From Trueperaceae bacterium (GTDB lineage Bacteria; Deinococcota; Deinococci; Deinococcales; Trueperaceae), in assembly GCA_965215565.1 (NCBI GenBank), contig CBDCDZ010000004.1:3168001-3232000 (forward strand): DNA of 64,000 nucleotides, read 5' to 3'. Positions 50,998-60,097 of this stretch are shown here, piece after piece (the first letter of the stretch is position 1; every line of letters begins with the position of its first letter). The notes under the pieces were generated by a model that worked only from the letters and a program-made list of their open reading frames with translations, did no database searches and was not told where the DNA came from. A program made the position numbers and the translations under genes.

Positions 50998-51837
50998 ATG
51001 GTAAAGCTCGGCGCACACGTTTCCGCTGCGGGCGGCGTCTCGAACGCGGTACGTAACGCGGCGGCGCTAGGTTGCGACGCGCTGCAGCTCTTCGTCAAGA
51101 ACGCGAGCCGCTGGGACGCCAAACCTTTGGACCCCGGCGAGGTCGCGCGCTTCAAGGAGATGCGCGCCGCGCAAGGCTCCTTACCTACCGTCGCGCACGC
51201 CTCATACCTCATCAACCTCGCTGCGACGAACGCCGAGACGCTGCGGCGGTCTCGAGCCGCCCTGAGCGGCGAGCTAGCACGCTGCCACGCGCTCGGCATC
51301 GGCGGGTTGGTCTTGCACCCCGGCGCGCACATGGGACGCGGCAAAGAGGCGGGGTTAGAAGCCGTCGTCACCTCTTTGAACGCGGTGCTGGGCGCGAACC
51401 CAGAGATTAAAACAAAGGTGCTGCTCGAGAACACCGCCGGGCAAGGCACTGTTTTGGGCAGCCGCTTGGAGCACCTCGCGTGGATCAGGGCGAACGCAGA
51501 GAGGGGCGAACGTCTAGGGGTTTGCTTCGACACCTGCCACGCCTTCGCCGCTGGCTACGACCTCAAAGGGAGATATGAAGAGGTGATGAATGAGTTCGGC
51601 GAAACCGTCGGCTGGGAGGCGCTAGGCTGCGTCCACCTCAACGACTCGCAGCACGCGCTCGGTTCGCGCAGAGACCGCCACGCGAACTTGGGCGCGGGTC
51701 ATATTGGCATGGAGGTGTTCGTCAAGCTCGTGAGCGACGTGCGTTTAGAGGGCGTGCCGCTGGTGCTCGAGACCCCTTTGGGCAAGGACAAGCTAGGTCA
51801 TAAGCGCGATTTGGCTAGACTCCGCGGTCTCTTATAG
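50998..51837 (+). CDS. nfo: Endonuclease IV
   Basis: GAHVS, HASYLINL, HPG, ENTAGQG, DTCH, HLNDS, DRH and ETP motifs. Confidence 0.95.
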   Translation: MVKLGAHVSAAGGVSNAVRNAAALGCDALQLFVKNASRWDAKPLDPGEVARFKEMRAAQGSLPTVAHASYLINLAATNAETLRRSRAALSGELARCHALGIGGLVLHPGAHMGRGKEAGLEAVVTSLNAVLGANPEIKTKVLLENTAGQGTVLGSRLEHLAWIRANAERGERLGVCFDTCHAFAAGYDLKGRYEEVMNEFGETVGWEALGCVHLNDSQHALGSRRDRHANLGAGHIGMEVFVKLVSDVRLEGVPLVLETPLGKDKLGHKRDLARLRGLL

Positions 51838-51854
51838 GCGTAGGTGTAGAGGTC

Positions 51855-52256
51855 TTGAGAGTGAATAACGTGAGACTCGCTTGGGCCGTCAGTATAGGCG
51901 TCGCCACCCTGATCGGCACGCAGAGTATCTTTTGGGGGCTGCTAGCTGGGCTCGCGCTGTTCGTGCTCGTGCGCTGGTGGCAGCCTCGCGCCTTCGCCGT
52001 ACCCCCCGACGTGAGCGCGTCAGGACCGCGCCCCACCGAAAGAGCAACCTCCATAGAAGTCGTCTGCAAGACGGTCACCCCGGTGCGGCAGGAGTGGGTC
52101 TCGCTCAAGACGGGACGGCTCTACGACGTGCTGAGCGCCAACGGGCTCGCGGGCGCGCGTCCGGGCGACAGGGGTAGGGTGACGCTCACCGGGGCGACGT
52201 GGCGAATCGACCTGCCCGCACCCAACTCCAACCGCGAAGAGGTGGACGCGCCCTAG
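51855..52256 (+). CDS. Hypothetical membrane protein
   Basis: Two N-terminal TM segments and host-like codon usage. Confidence 0.55.
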   Translation: MRVNNVRLAWAVSIGVATLIGTQSIFWGLLAGLALFVLVRWWQPRAFAVPPDVSASGPRPTERATSIEVVCKTVTPVRQEWVSLKTGRLYDVLSANGLAGARPGDRGRVTLTGATWRIDLPAPNSNREEVDAP

Positions 52257-52281
52257 AGACCGTGCCGAACGAAAGCTTTAT

Positions 52282-52467
52282 TAGCAGTTCCACGACATAC
52301 TGGGACAGTTGAGCGCAGATCTCTGTCCGTAAGGACTAGCGTTACGGGCAGGCCGCCCTGCCGTTGCGGGATTTCATCTCTTAAAGTGCGTGCTAGTTAC
52401 GTAGTTTTCACGCAGTGAAACATCGTTTTACAAAGTGAGAGTGTCTCCGACCAGATGATACCTGCTA
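52282..52467 (-). mobile_element. MITE-like element, TAGCAG family (long form)
   Basis: Reverse complement aligns end to end with 46571-46754. Confidence 0.8.
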
Positions 52468-52594
52468 TATGTACCTCTCCACCACTTTTGGTATACCTGT
52501 TTTTGTGTACGACGTGTCTTCGCACTACGGTTTAGATTCGCCCGCCTACGGACTGCACCTAAAGGCCCTGTGAAGCGCCAAAGGTGCAGATGAG

Positions 52595-52610
52595 CGTGAG
52601 GTTTCTCACA
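52595..52610. promoter_or_regulatory. CRP-family-like site upstream of the GGDEF gene
   Basis: CGTGA-N6-TCACA followed by TACAGT at 52619. Confidence 0.4.
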
Positions 52611-52641
52611 TTGGCTGCTACAGTGAGGACGGAGACTCATC

Positions 52642-53790
52642 ATGTATCCATCTTCCTCTGACACCCCTGCGCCTCACGGAAGGGACCTCGTGCTCTCTGA
52701 CGCTATAGCGTCGGACACGCAGACGCTCAACCGGTTGCGCTGGCGCGTGTCGCAGCTCGCTCTGGTCATCGCCTCGCTCGCGATGGTGCTGCAGTGGCTT
52801 CTCCTGACCCTCGAGCCCATCACGTACGGCGCTGTATCTCTGCTGATAGCGAGCCTTTGGTTTGCGCTTTTGGCTGTTTATCAGGGCGCTGTGCGCCGCG
52901 TCTCCGTGCTGGCGGAGCGCTTGGGACATCTGGGCTCGCTCGCGCTCTTTTTAGAGTTTTATACGCGCACAGTGGCGAACGTGTTGACGCTCGAGCGTCC
53001 GCCGGGCGAACTGGCGGAGATTTTCCCCTGGTTCGCGCCTATTTACATCACCGCGTTTATCGTCTATAGCGGCAGAACCGCGCTCGCGCTCTGCGGCGGT
53101 GTCGCCCTTTACACCTCGAGCGTCAGCGCCTTTTTCATCTCGCGTTCGGCGCTTAACGGCGCAGAGATGGTGGGGCTCGAGGCGTCTTTGGACCTCTTCG
53201 CTGCGAACGTCATCTCGCTGCTCATGCTCTTCATGCTGAGGCGCACCACCGAAGCCTGGACCAAAACGCGGGCCAGAGCCGAGGCGCTCGCGCAACTCGC
53301 CAACAGAGACGCGCTTACAGGGCTCTACAACCGGCGCTATTTGGACCAGACGGTCGCAGAGGAGGTGCGCCGCGCGCGGCGCTATGAGCACCCCCTCAGC
53401 GTCGCGCTCTGCGACATAGACAACTTTAAGCACGTCAACGACCGCTTCTCGCACGGCGTCGGCGACAGCGTGTTGGGAGAGGTAGCGCGTCTTTTAGAAA
53501 GCAGTGTTCGCCGCATTGACACCGTCGCCCGTTACGGCGGAGAGGAGTTCGTCCTCATCTTCCCTGAAACCGAGGCGGCGCAGGCGCACGTCGTCTGCGA
53601 AAAGGTTCGCCGCAAGATAGAGCGCCACCCCTGGTTCCGCTTCCATCCCGAGCTTAGCGTAACGGTGAGCATCGGCGTCGCGAGCGCGCGGCGTGGAGCG
53701 CGCTACCAGAACTCGAAACAGCTCCTGAGCGCCGCCGATCTAAAGCTCTATGAGGCGAAGCGGGCAGGGCGTAACCAGGTGCAGCGCTGA
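52642..53790 (+). CDS. Membrane-bound diguanylate cyclase
   Basis: DALTGLYNRR, DIDNFKHVND, RRID I-site and RYGGEEF. Confidence 0.92.
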   Translation: MYPSSSDTPAPHGRDLVLSDAIASDTQTLNRLRWRVSQLALVIASLAMVLQWLLLTLEPITYGAVSLLIASLWFALLAVYQGAVRRVSVLAERLGHLGSLALFLEFYTRTVANVLTLERPPGELAEIFPWFAPIYITAFIVYSGRTALALCGGVALYTSSVSAFFISRSALNGAEMVGLEASLDLFAANVISLLMLFMLRRTTEAWTKTRARAEALAQLANRDALTGLYNRRYLDQTVAEEVRRARRYEHPLSVALCDIDNFKHVNDRFSHGVGDSVLGEVARLLESSVRRIDTVARYGGEEFVLIFPETEAAQAHVVCEKVRRKIERHPWFRFHPELSVTVSIGVASARRGARYQNSKQLLSAADLKLYEAKRAGRNQVQR

Positions 53791-53925
53791 GCACGCTGCC
53801 GCGTCGTTGGCAAAACGACGTTTCGTCCGTCACGAATGGGACGCAAACGCGGTCCGCGCTCAAGCGCAGCCAAAAAGCTCGAACGTTCTCAGTGAAAGAG
53901 ATGCACTTTCGGAGTAGTGACAGCA

Positions 53926-53957
53926 AAGAGGCTCGAGGATATGTCCTCGAGCCTCTT
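53926..53957. terminator. 14-bp-stem hairpin between convergent ORFs
   Basis: AAGAGGCTCGAGGA-TATG-TCCTCGAGCCTCTT. Confidence 0.65.
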
Positions 53958-53976
53958 CTTGAGCAAGCTATTCAGT

Positions 53977-54216
53977 CTATGGGTGAGCGTCGCTGGCAGC
54001 CACGCTCGGGTTAGCGCGCCGAGGATGCGCGAGCACGCTCGCTTTAGCGCGACTCCTTACGCCGTCACGCACGGCTTGCCAAGCGGCTTCGGCGATGGCT
54101 AACTCGCGCCGCGCCGCCTCTAAGCCGTACCCTCGGCGCTCCGCTTGCGCGACTCGAAAACGTGCGGCGATGAGGGTGTCGGCGGTTCTATCTAGTGAAG
54201 ATGTAAAGAAAAGCAT
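53977..54216 (-). CDS. Small hypothetical protein
   Basis: GGAGG-N5-ATG start and a downstream hairpin. Confidence 0.5.
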   Translation of the reverse strand: MLFFTSSLDRTADTLIAARFRVAQAERRGYGLEAARRELAIAEAAWQAVRDGVRSRAKASVLAHPRRANPSVAASDAHP

Positions 54217-54344
54217 CGCTGCCTCCAAATAGCGTGAGAGAAAGATGAGCAACTTCACTTATAGTAGCAGATGTTTAGGTCCGAGCCGCCTTAAATAAAA
54301 GAACGATGAAGTAGGACAACAACAGGTGTGAGCGGATGCGAACA

Positions 54345-54544
54345 AAGCAGTTCACAGAAATGTTGAATTGGAAGAGCGCAAGCCTCAGTTCGAAGAACCA
54401 TCTCGCTCTCAGGCGAAGCCTAGCGGGACGGCTTCGCCTGAGAGCGGGATTTCATTTAAGAATGTGCGTGTTCGCCGGTGTTCTCTAACGTGGGACTGGC
54501 TCAAACCAAATGAAGTTCAGCTAGGCTCCGCCTGAGACTTGCTA
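54345..54544 (-). mobile_element. MITE-like element, TAGCAG family, with extra hairpin modules
   Basis: Reverse strand reads TAGCAAG[module]TCATTTGGTT..CACGCACATTC..GAAATCCCGC[module]..GAACTGCT. Confidence 0.7.
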
Positions 54545-54666
54545 TAGAAACAAAGGTAACAGGATGTGTAGTAGTGGCTCATGGCACTGCTATAAGGTTG
54601 GTGGTGTACCACGTTTTGTGTATGCAGCGGCGCAACGTCGCTTTCGCATAAAACGGGACACCTCTT

Positions 54667-56160
54667 TTAAGCTTCAGGCTTTAAGAGCGGGAAGAGGATC
54701 ACGTCGCGGATGCTCGGCACGTCCGCCAGAAGGATCGCTAAGCGGTCGAGCCCTAGACCCAAACCCCCTGTGGGCGGCATCCCGTACTCGAGCGCCGTTA
54801 AAAAGTCCTCGTCCAAGGGTTGCGCCTCGTCGTCGCCTGCGTCGCGGAGGGCTTGCTGCGCCTCGAAGCGTCTCCGCTGGTCTACAGGGTCATTGAGTTC
54901 CGAAAATGCGTTGCCGAGTTCCATGCCTACACAGACCGGCTCGAAGCGCTCAACTAAGCCAGGTCTCTTTCGGTGCTTCTTCGCCAAGGGGCTGATCGCG
55001 AGCGGGTGGTCCATCACGAACGTAGGCTGCTCCAGATGCGGCTCCACGTAGATGTCGTAGAGCTTGTTGTACACCTGACCGATGGGCTGGTCCGCCAACG
55101 CCTCCCCATTTGCCCCGCTATGCGGCGCGTGATGCTCGCGCACCCACGCGCGCAGCGCCTCTTCGTCCAAGGGATCAGCGTCCATCTTCGCCCTCGCTCT
55201 AAGCTCGCCCGTGTAGTCGACTCGGGCCCAGGGCGCGCTGAAGTCCAGTTCTTTCCCCTGATAGATGAGCGTGGTGGAGCCCGTCAACGCTTGCACGAGC
55301 GAGCTGTACATCGTCTCGACAAGCTCTAAGATATCCAGGTAATCCCTGCCCGCCCAGTAAAGTTCCAACATCGTGTATTCCGGGTTGTGCTTGGGGCTCA
55401 TCCCCTCGTTGCGGAAGTTGCGTCCGATTTCGTAGACCGCCTCGAAGCCGCCGACGATGAGGCGCTTGAGGTACAGCTCTAAGGAAATACGCAGGTGAAA
55501 GTCGTAGCCCAGCGTGTTGTGATGCGTGATGAAAGGGCGCGCCTCCGCGCCGCCGGGAACGCTCTGCAACACGGGCGTCTCAACCTCCAAAAACCCCAAC
55601 TCGTCCAAGTAGCGGCGGATGTAGCTGGTGGCGCGCGAGCGCAGCACGAACGCCCGCCTGACCTCCGGGTTGACCATGAGGTCCAAGTGGCGCTGACGGT
55701 AGCGCTGCTCTTTATCGGCTAAGCCGTGGTACTTGTCGGGCAGCGGACGTAGCGACTTGACGAGCGGGCGAAAGTCGGTAGCTTTGACAGTCAGCTCGCC
55801 TGTTTTGGTCACGAAGAGGGGACCTGTGACCTCGAGCCAGTCGCCCAAGTCGATCTTTTTAAGCGCGTTGTAGCGCTCTAGGGCGTCCTTCTGAAAGTAC
55901 GCCTGAATCTGTCCCGAAGCGTCTTGTAGGGTCACGAACGACGCCTTGCCCATCATCCGCACCGTCATCGCCCGCCCTGCAACGGTCACGGTCTCTTCAA
56001 AAGCGTCGCCCGGCCCCGCGGTTCCATGCGCCGCTTGCAAATCCGCCGCGCGGTGCGTCGCGCGAAAGCTGTAAGGGTACGGCTCGAAGCCGCGCTCCTC
56101 CAAGGAGTCCAAATTTTTAAGGCGCTGCTCGCGCTGTTCGTTGAGTGATTTTTGAGTCAT
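54667..56160 (-). CDS. lysS: Lysine-tRNA ligase (class II)
   Basis: YRQRHLDL, EVETP, FRNEG, HNPE, NAFSELNDP and GMPPTGGLGLGLDRL motifs. Confidence 0.97.
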   Translation of the reverse strand: MTQKSLNEQREQRLKNLDSLEERGFEPYPYSFRATHRAADLQAAHGTAGPGDAFEETVTVAGRAMTVRMMGKASFVTLQDASGQIQAYFQKDALERYNALKKIDLGDWLEVTGPLFVTKTGELTVKATDFRPLVKSLRPLPDKYHGLADKEQRYRQRHLDLMVNPEVRRAFVLRSRATSYIRRYLDELGFLEVETPVLQSVPGGAEARPFITHHNTLGYDFHLRISLELYLKRLIVGGFEAVYEIGRNFRNEGMSPKHNPEYTMLELYWAGRDYLDILELVETMYSSLVQALTGSTTLIYQGKELDFSAPWARVDYTGELRARAKMDADPLDEEALRAWVREHHAPHSGANGEALADQPIGQVYNKLYDIYVEPHLEQPTFVMDHPLAISPLAKKHRKRPGLVERFEPVCVGMELGNAFSELNDPVDQRRRFEAQQALRDAGDDEAQPLDEDFLTALEYGMPPTGGLGLGLDRLAILLADVPSIRDVILFPLLKPEA

Positions 56161-56559
56161 AAAGCGTCCTAAACTAAAGTGAGCGTAAGGAGGTCAAAAC
56201 CTTGTCTAGTTTAGATTACCTCTTGCTAGGTGGTGTGACCGTATAGTCAAGTTGCTTATACTGGGAGACCTCGCTGAAAAAGTCACAGGAGAAGGCAAAT
56301 TTAGGGCGATTCATAAATCGCCCCGCCCGTTTCGTTTATGTCGCGCATACCCTCGCTAAGAAAAATGATCGTGACTTTTCTAAGGTGTGGGGGCAATATC
56401 ATTCAGGTATCAGTAGAATCACGTAATTACTTTCGCGCCGGCTATTGAATTCTGGCGGCTCAGCCTCTCTGACGCTGAGCCAACATCTTCGCTAGCATAC
56501 CGCCTTATAATTGACCTCGCGAAGTTTTAAGTATCCCCCTCAAAAGGAGACACGCTATC

Positions 56560-57036
56560 ATGAGCAAAAAACCCATCTACTTAACCCCGCAAGGTCATCA
56601 GAAGATCAAGGACGAACTCAAGTACCTAGTCGAGGTGCGCCGCCAGCAGATTTCTGAGAACATGGGGCAAGCGATTGCCGACGGCGACCTCCGTGAGAGC
56701 GCCGCCTACGACGAAGCGCGTATGGAGCAGAGCGCGAACGAAGCCCGCATCGCCGACCTAGAGGAGATCATCCACCGCGCCGTCGTCGTCGAGCACCAAG
56801 AGGGCGACGTCGCCGTGGCGCGACTCGGCGCGAGCCTGACGCTCGAGGACACCTCGGGCGAGCAGAACACCTTTCACTTAGTTGGCACGCACGAGGCGGA
56901 CATCTTGGACAACCGCATCTCGGACGAGTCGCCTCTAGGCTCGAAGCTGATGGGCAAGCAAGCGGGCGACAAGGTCAAGGTGCCTTTAGGCAACCGCACG
57001 ACGGAATATACCGTCGTGGACGTACGCTTCGAGTAA
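56560..57036 (+). CDS. greA: Transcription elongation factor GreA
   Basis: LTPQG, GDLRESAAYDEAR and ISDESPLG motifs. Confidence 0.93.
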   Translation: MSKKPIYLTPQGHQKIKDELKYLVEVRRQQISENMGQAIADGDLRESAAYDEARMEQSANEARIADLEEIIHRAVVVEHQEGDVAVARLGASLTLEDTSGEQNTFHLVGTHEADILDNRISDESPLGSKLMGKQAGDKVKVPLGNRTTEYTVVDVRFE

Positions 57037-57381
57037 GCACACGTCCAACCCCTTTGGACCAGTTCCCTTTAGAGTAGAAGTGCAGAAGTCAGCCGCCGCC
57101 CAGAAGTCTAGGATCTCTGAGCGGCGTTCTCTTGCCCCGAGTACCCTGTGTACACTTACCCCGTGTACGCCTATAGCGTGCTCAGCCGAAACGTCTGAGT
57201 CTACAGCAAACTCAAAATTAGACTTTATCCGAGGGTGTGGTATAACCTTGTGTAGGTCACTCGCCGCTTTGGTGTTACACACCTTCGCCTGCTCCTGATT
57301 AGCCCCTTTTCGTAAAACTGGTGAAGCGTGACGGCAACCTTTTTGCACAAACCGTGCTCTGGGTTTAAGTAACGGGACTTG

Positions 57382-57492
57382 TAGGGCTTTCTGATTTCAT
57401 TGAGCTTGTATCACGCAGGTATCATTACCGAACGTGCATACTCGATGACGCTCCATCTAGTGGGATTGGTTCAAACTAGATGATACCTACTA
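57382..57492 (-). mobile_element. MITE-like element, TAGCAG family (degenerate)
   Basis: Reverse strand reads TAGTAGGTATCATCTAGTTTGA..TGCACGTTCGGTAATGATACCTGCG. Confidence 0.65.
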
Positions 57493-57611
57493 ACCCGCGC
57501 CGTTCATCAAACCTAGGTTTTCCCTCAACCTGCGTGCTGTACATGAGCTGTACACGTAGCGCGAAGTGGTGAGTTTACTCAACGTCCAGGGGGACGAAAT
57601 AAGGGGTAGAA

Positions 57612-59243
57612 ATGGCAGACAACCGTAAAAGTCGTGAGGATGTAGACAGTAGGATTGGCGAGAGGAACATCCAGCGCTGGGGCCTGGACATGCACAACCC
57701 GGTGTTTTTCACCTCGAGCGGGTTTATCATCGTCCTGCTCGTCCTGACGCTTCTCTACCAAGAACAAGCCGCGAGCGCCTTTAGCGCGGTGCAAACCTAC
57801 GTCTCGAACCAGTTCGGCTGGTTTCTCATCTTGACCGTCAACATCTTGCTCGTCTACTCGCTCTTTCTGGCGTTCGGGCGCTTCGGCAAGATTCGCATCG
57901 GTGGTCAGGACGCCCGCCCGGAATTCTCGCGGCTCTCGTGGTTCGCGATGCTCTTTAGCGCCGGGATGGGCATCGGCGTCATCTACTGGAGCGTAGCGGA
58001 GCCCATCACGCACTATTCGACGACGCCCTTCTTAGCCCAGTCGGGCACGGAGAGCGCCGCGCAGGTAGGCATGGTGACCACTTTCTTGCACTGGGGGCTG
58101 CACGCCTGGGCGGTCTACGCGGTGGTGGGTTTAGCCCTCGCCTTCTTCGCCTACAACTGGGGCTTGCCCTTGACGGTCCGCTCGCTCTTTTACCCGCTTT
58201 TAGGCGAGCGCATCTACGGCTGGATCGGCGACGTGGTGGACACCACTGCGGTACTCGCGACGATGTTCGGCATCACCACCGTGCTAGGGCTCGGGGCGGG
58301 GCAGATCAGCGCGGGCATGAATTACCTCTTCGACACGCCGGACACCATCGTCGTCGAGGTCGGCGTAATTGCCTTTATCACCGCCATCGCCACGATGTCG
58401 GTGGTGGCGGGCTTGGACGGCGGCGTGAAGCGGCTCAGCGACCTCAACATCGGCATCGCGACTCTTCTTCTCGCGTTCATCCTCGTCGTCGGTCCAACGG
58501 TTTTTATCCTCAACGGCTTCATCCAAAACGTCGGCTACTACCTGCAGAATTTCATGTTTTTAGGGACGTGGAGTGAGGTGTACGAGGGCGGCACCTGGCA
58601 AAACACCTGGACGGTCTTCTACTGGGCATGGTGGGTCTCCTGGGCTCCATTCGTGGGCATCTTCATCGCCCGCATCTCGAAGGGGCGCACGGTCAGGGAG
58701 TTCATGTTGGGCGTGGTTCTCGTGCCGAGCATCGTGTGCTTCTTCTGGTTCTCAGCTTTCGGCGGAACCGCGCTCCACCAGGCGCTTAACGGCACCAACG
58801 ACATCGTCGGCGCGGTGAACGAAAACTTCGCGACGGCGTTTTTCGCGATGGTTTCGCCGCTCCCTCTAGGCGGGGTCATCTCGTTCATCGCCGTGGTGCT
58901 GATTTTCACCTTTTTCGTGACCTCGTCGGACTCGGGCTCGCTGGTCATCGACTCCATCACGGCGGGCGGCAAGGATGACGCGCCCGTCGCGCAGCGCATC
59001 TTTTGGGCGGTGACTGAAGGCGCTGTCGCTGCGGTGCTCCTCATCGGGGGCGGTCTCACCGCGCTCCAAACCGCCGTTCTCGTGCTCGGGCTGCCCTTCG
59101 CCGTCGTGATTCTCTTCGTGTGCTACAGCCTCTATAAGGGCTTGCAAACGGAATTCTTGGATGAGGTTGCGGCAGAAGAAGCTCGAGCCGACCGCGAAGA
59201 GGTAGATGTGAGTGCGGGACCCGCCGCCGCGCCTACAGATTGA
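57612..59243 (+). CDS. BCCT-family betaine/choline/carnitine transporter
   Basis: SWFAMLFSAGMGIG, HWGLHAW, WTVFYWAWW and TSSDSG motifs. Confidence 0.95.
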   Translation: MADNRKSREDVDSRIGERNIQRWGLDMHNPVFFTSSGFIIVLLVLTLLYQEQAASAFSAVQTYVSNQFGWFLILTVNILLVYSLFLAFGRFGKIRIGGQDARPEFSRLSWFAMLFSAGMGIGVIYWSVAEPITHYSTTPFLAQSGTESAAQVGMVTTFLHWGLHAWAVYAVVGLALAFFAYNWGLPLTVRSLFYPLLGERIYGWIGDVVDTTAVLATMFGITTVLGLGAGQISAGMNYLFDTPDTIVVEVGVIAFITAIATMSVVAGLDGGVKRLSDLNIGIATLLLAFILVVGPTVFILNGFIQNVGYYLQNFMFLGTWSEVYEGGTWQNTWTVFYWAWWVSWAPFVGIFIARISKGRTVREFMLGVVLVPSIVCFFWFSAFGGTALHQALNGTNDIVGAVNENFATAFFAMVSPLPLGGVISFIAVVLIFTFFVTSSDSGSLVIDSITAGGKDDAPVAQRIFWAVTEGAVAAVLLIGGGLTALQTAVLVLGLPFAVVILFVCYSLYKGLQTEFLDEVAAEEARADREEVDVSAGPAAAPTD

Positions 59244-59249
59244 GTATTG

Positions 59250-59360
59250 CAGCAGTTCCACGACACACTGAGACAGTTGAACGCAGGTCTCATCTCTTAA
59301 AGTGCGTGCTAGACACCGCTTTCCAAAATGAGATTGTTTCAAACCAGATGATATTTGCTA
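59250..59360 (-). mobile_element. MITE-like element, TAGCAG family (short form)
   Basis: Reverse strand reads TAGCAAATATCATCTGGTT..AGCACGCAC..GATGAGACCTGCG..GGAACTGCT. Confidence 0.75.
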
Positions 59361-59463
59361 TCGGTACTGGTAGACAGAGATGGAAAAGCCACGGAAAGAG
59401 ACAAATGCAGTAAGGGTGGGTTTCAAACCCACCCCTCTCTCTATCTCTTTGCTTCCTACTTCT

Positions 59464-60021
59464 TTAAGGTCTGCGCGTGCAAGCGTGTAAGACCTCCAAC
59501 ACAAATCTCACATCCCCCAACGCTCGGTGGCTCTGGTGCATCTCTAAGAGGTGCGCCAAGCCCTCTTGTCCTACCGCTTTGTGCAGCCCGGTGCGCTTCG
59601 TCCCCTTGAGCCGCGCGTACATCTGCATGGCGCAGGCGAACAGAATCTTCGGATGCGTCACGTTCCAAGCGGCGCTCGTCTGCTCCAACATGCGAGCGTC
59701 GAAGGGCGCGTTCCAAGCTAAAACGGTAGCTTGGTCCGTCAAGTCAACGAGTTCAGGGAGTATCTCGGGCCAAGTGGGTTGTTCCTCCAACGCTGCCAAA
59801 GAAATCCCGTGAACGCGCTGCGCGTGCGGGTTCATGTAAGCGGTGCGCGGACGCACGAGCGTATCGAGCAGCACCTCCCCCTTCGTATTGATGACGCTCA
59901 CTTCGATGACCTCAGCGTTTTTAAGTCCGGTGGTCTCAGTATCTAAAATGAGCACGTCGTCTCGCTCTAAGAGGTTGGCGACTTTGGAATGAAGGGGCGT
60001 GGCTGACGCGGTTCGGGTCAC
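59464..60021 (-). CDS. DEDDh 3'-5' exonuclease (DnaQ-like)
   Basis: LDTETTG, VHGI, WNAPFD and HRALGD motifs. GTG 60021 lies 5 nt after TATACT. Confidence 0.85.
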   Translation of the reverse strand: MTRTASATPLHSKVANLLERDDVLILDTETTGLKNAEVIEVSVINTKGEVLLDTLVRPRTAYMNPHAQRVHGISLAALEEQPTWPEILPELVDLTDQATVLAWNAPFDARMLEQTSAAWNVTHPKILFACAMQMYARLKGTKRTGLHKAVGQEGLAHLLEMHQSHRALGDVRFVLEVLHACTRRP

Positions 60022-60097
60022 AGGGAAGTATAGCAAGAGAGCAATGAGTAGCGAGTTCCGAGCAATGAGTGAAAACCAAAGTCTTTCCACTTTTAAC

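Noticed and set aside
57040..57300. ncRNA or ORF downstream of greA
   Set aside because: Some short hairpins, but no recognisable family, SD or protein motif.
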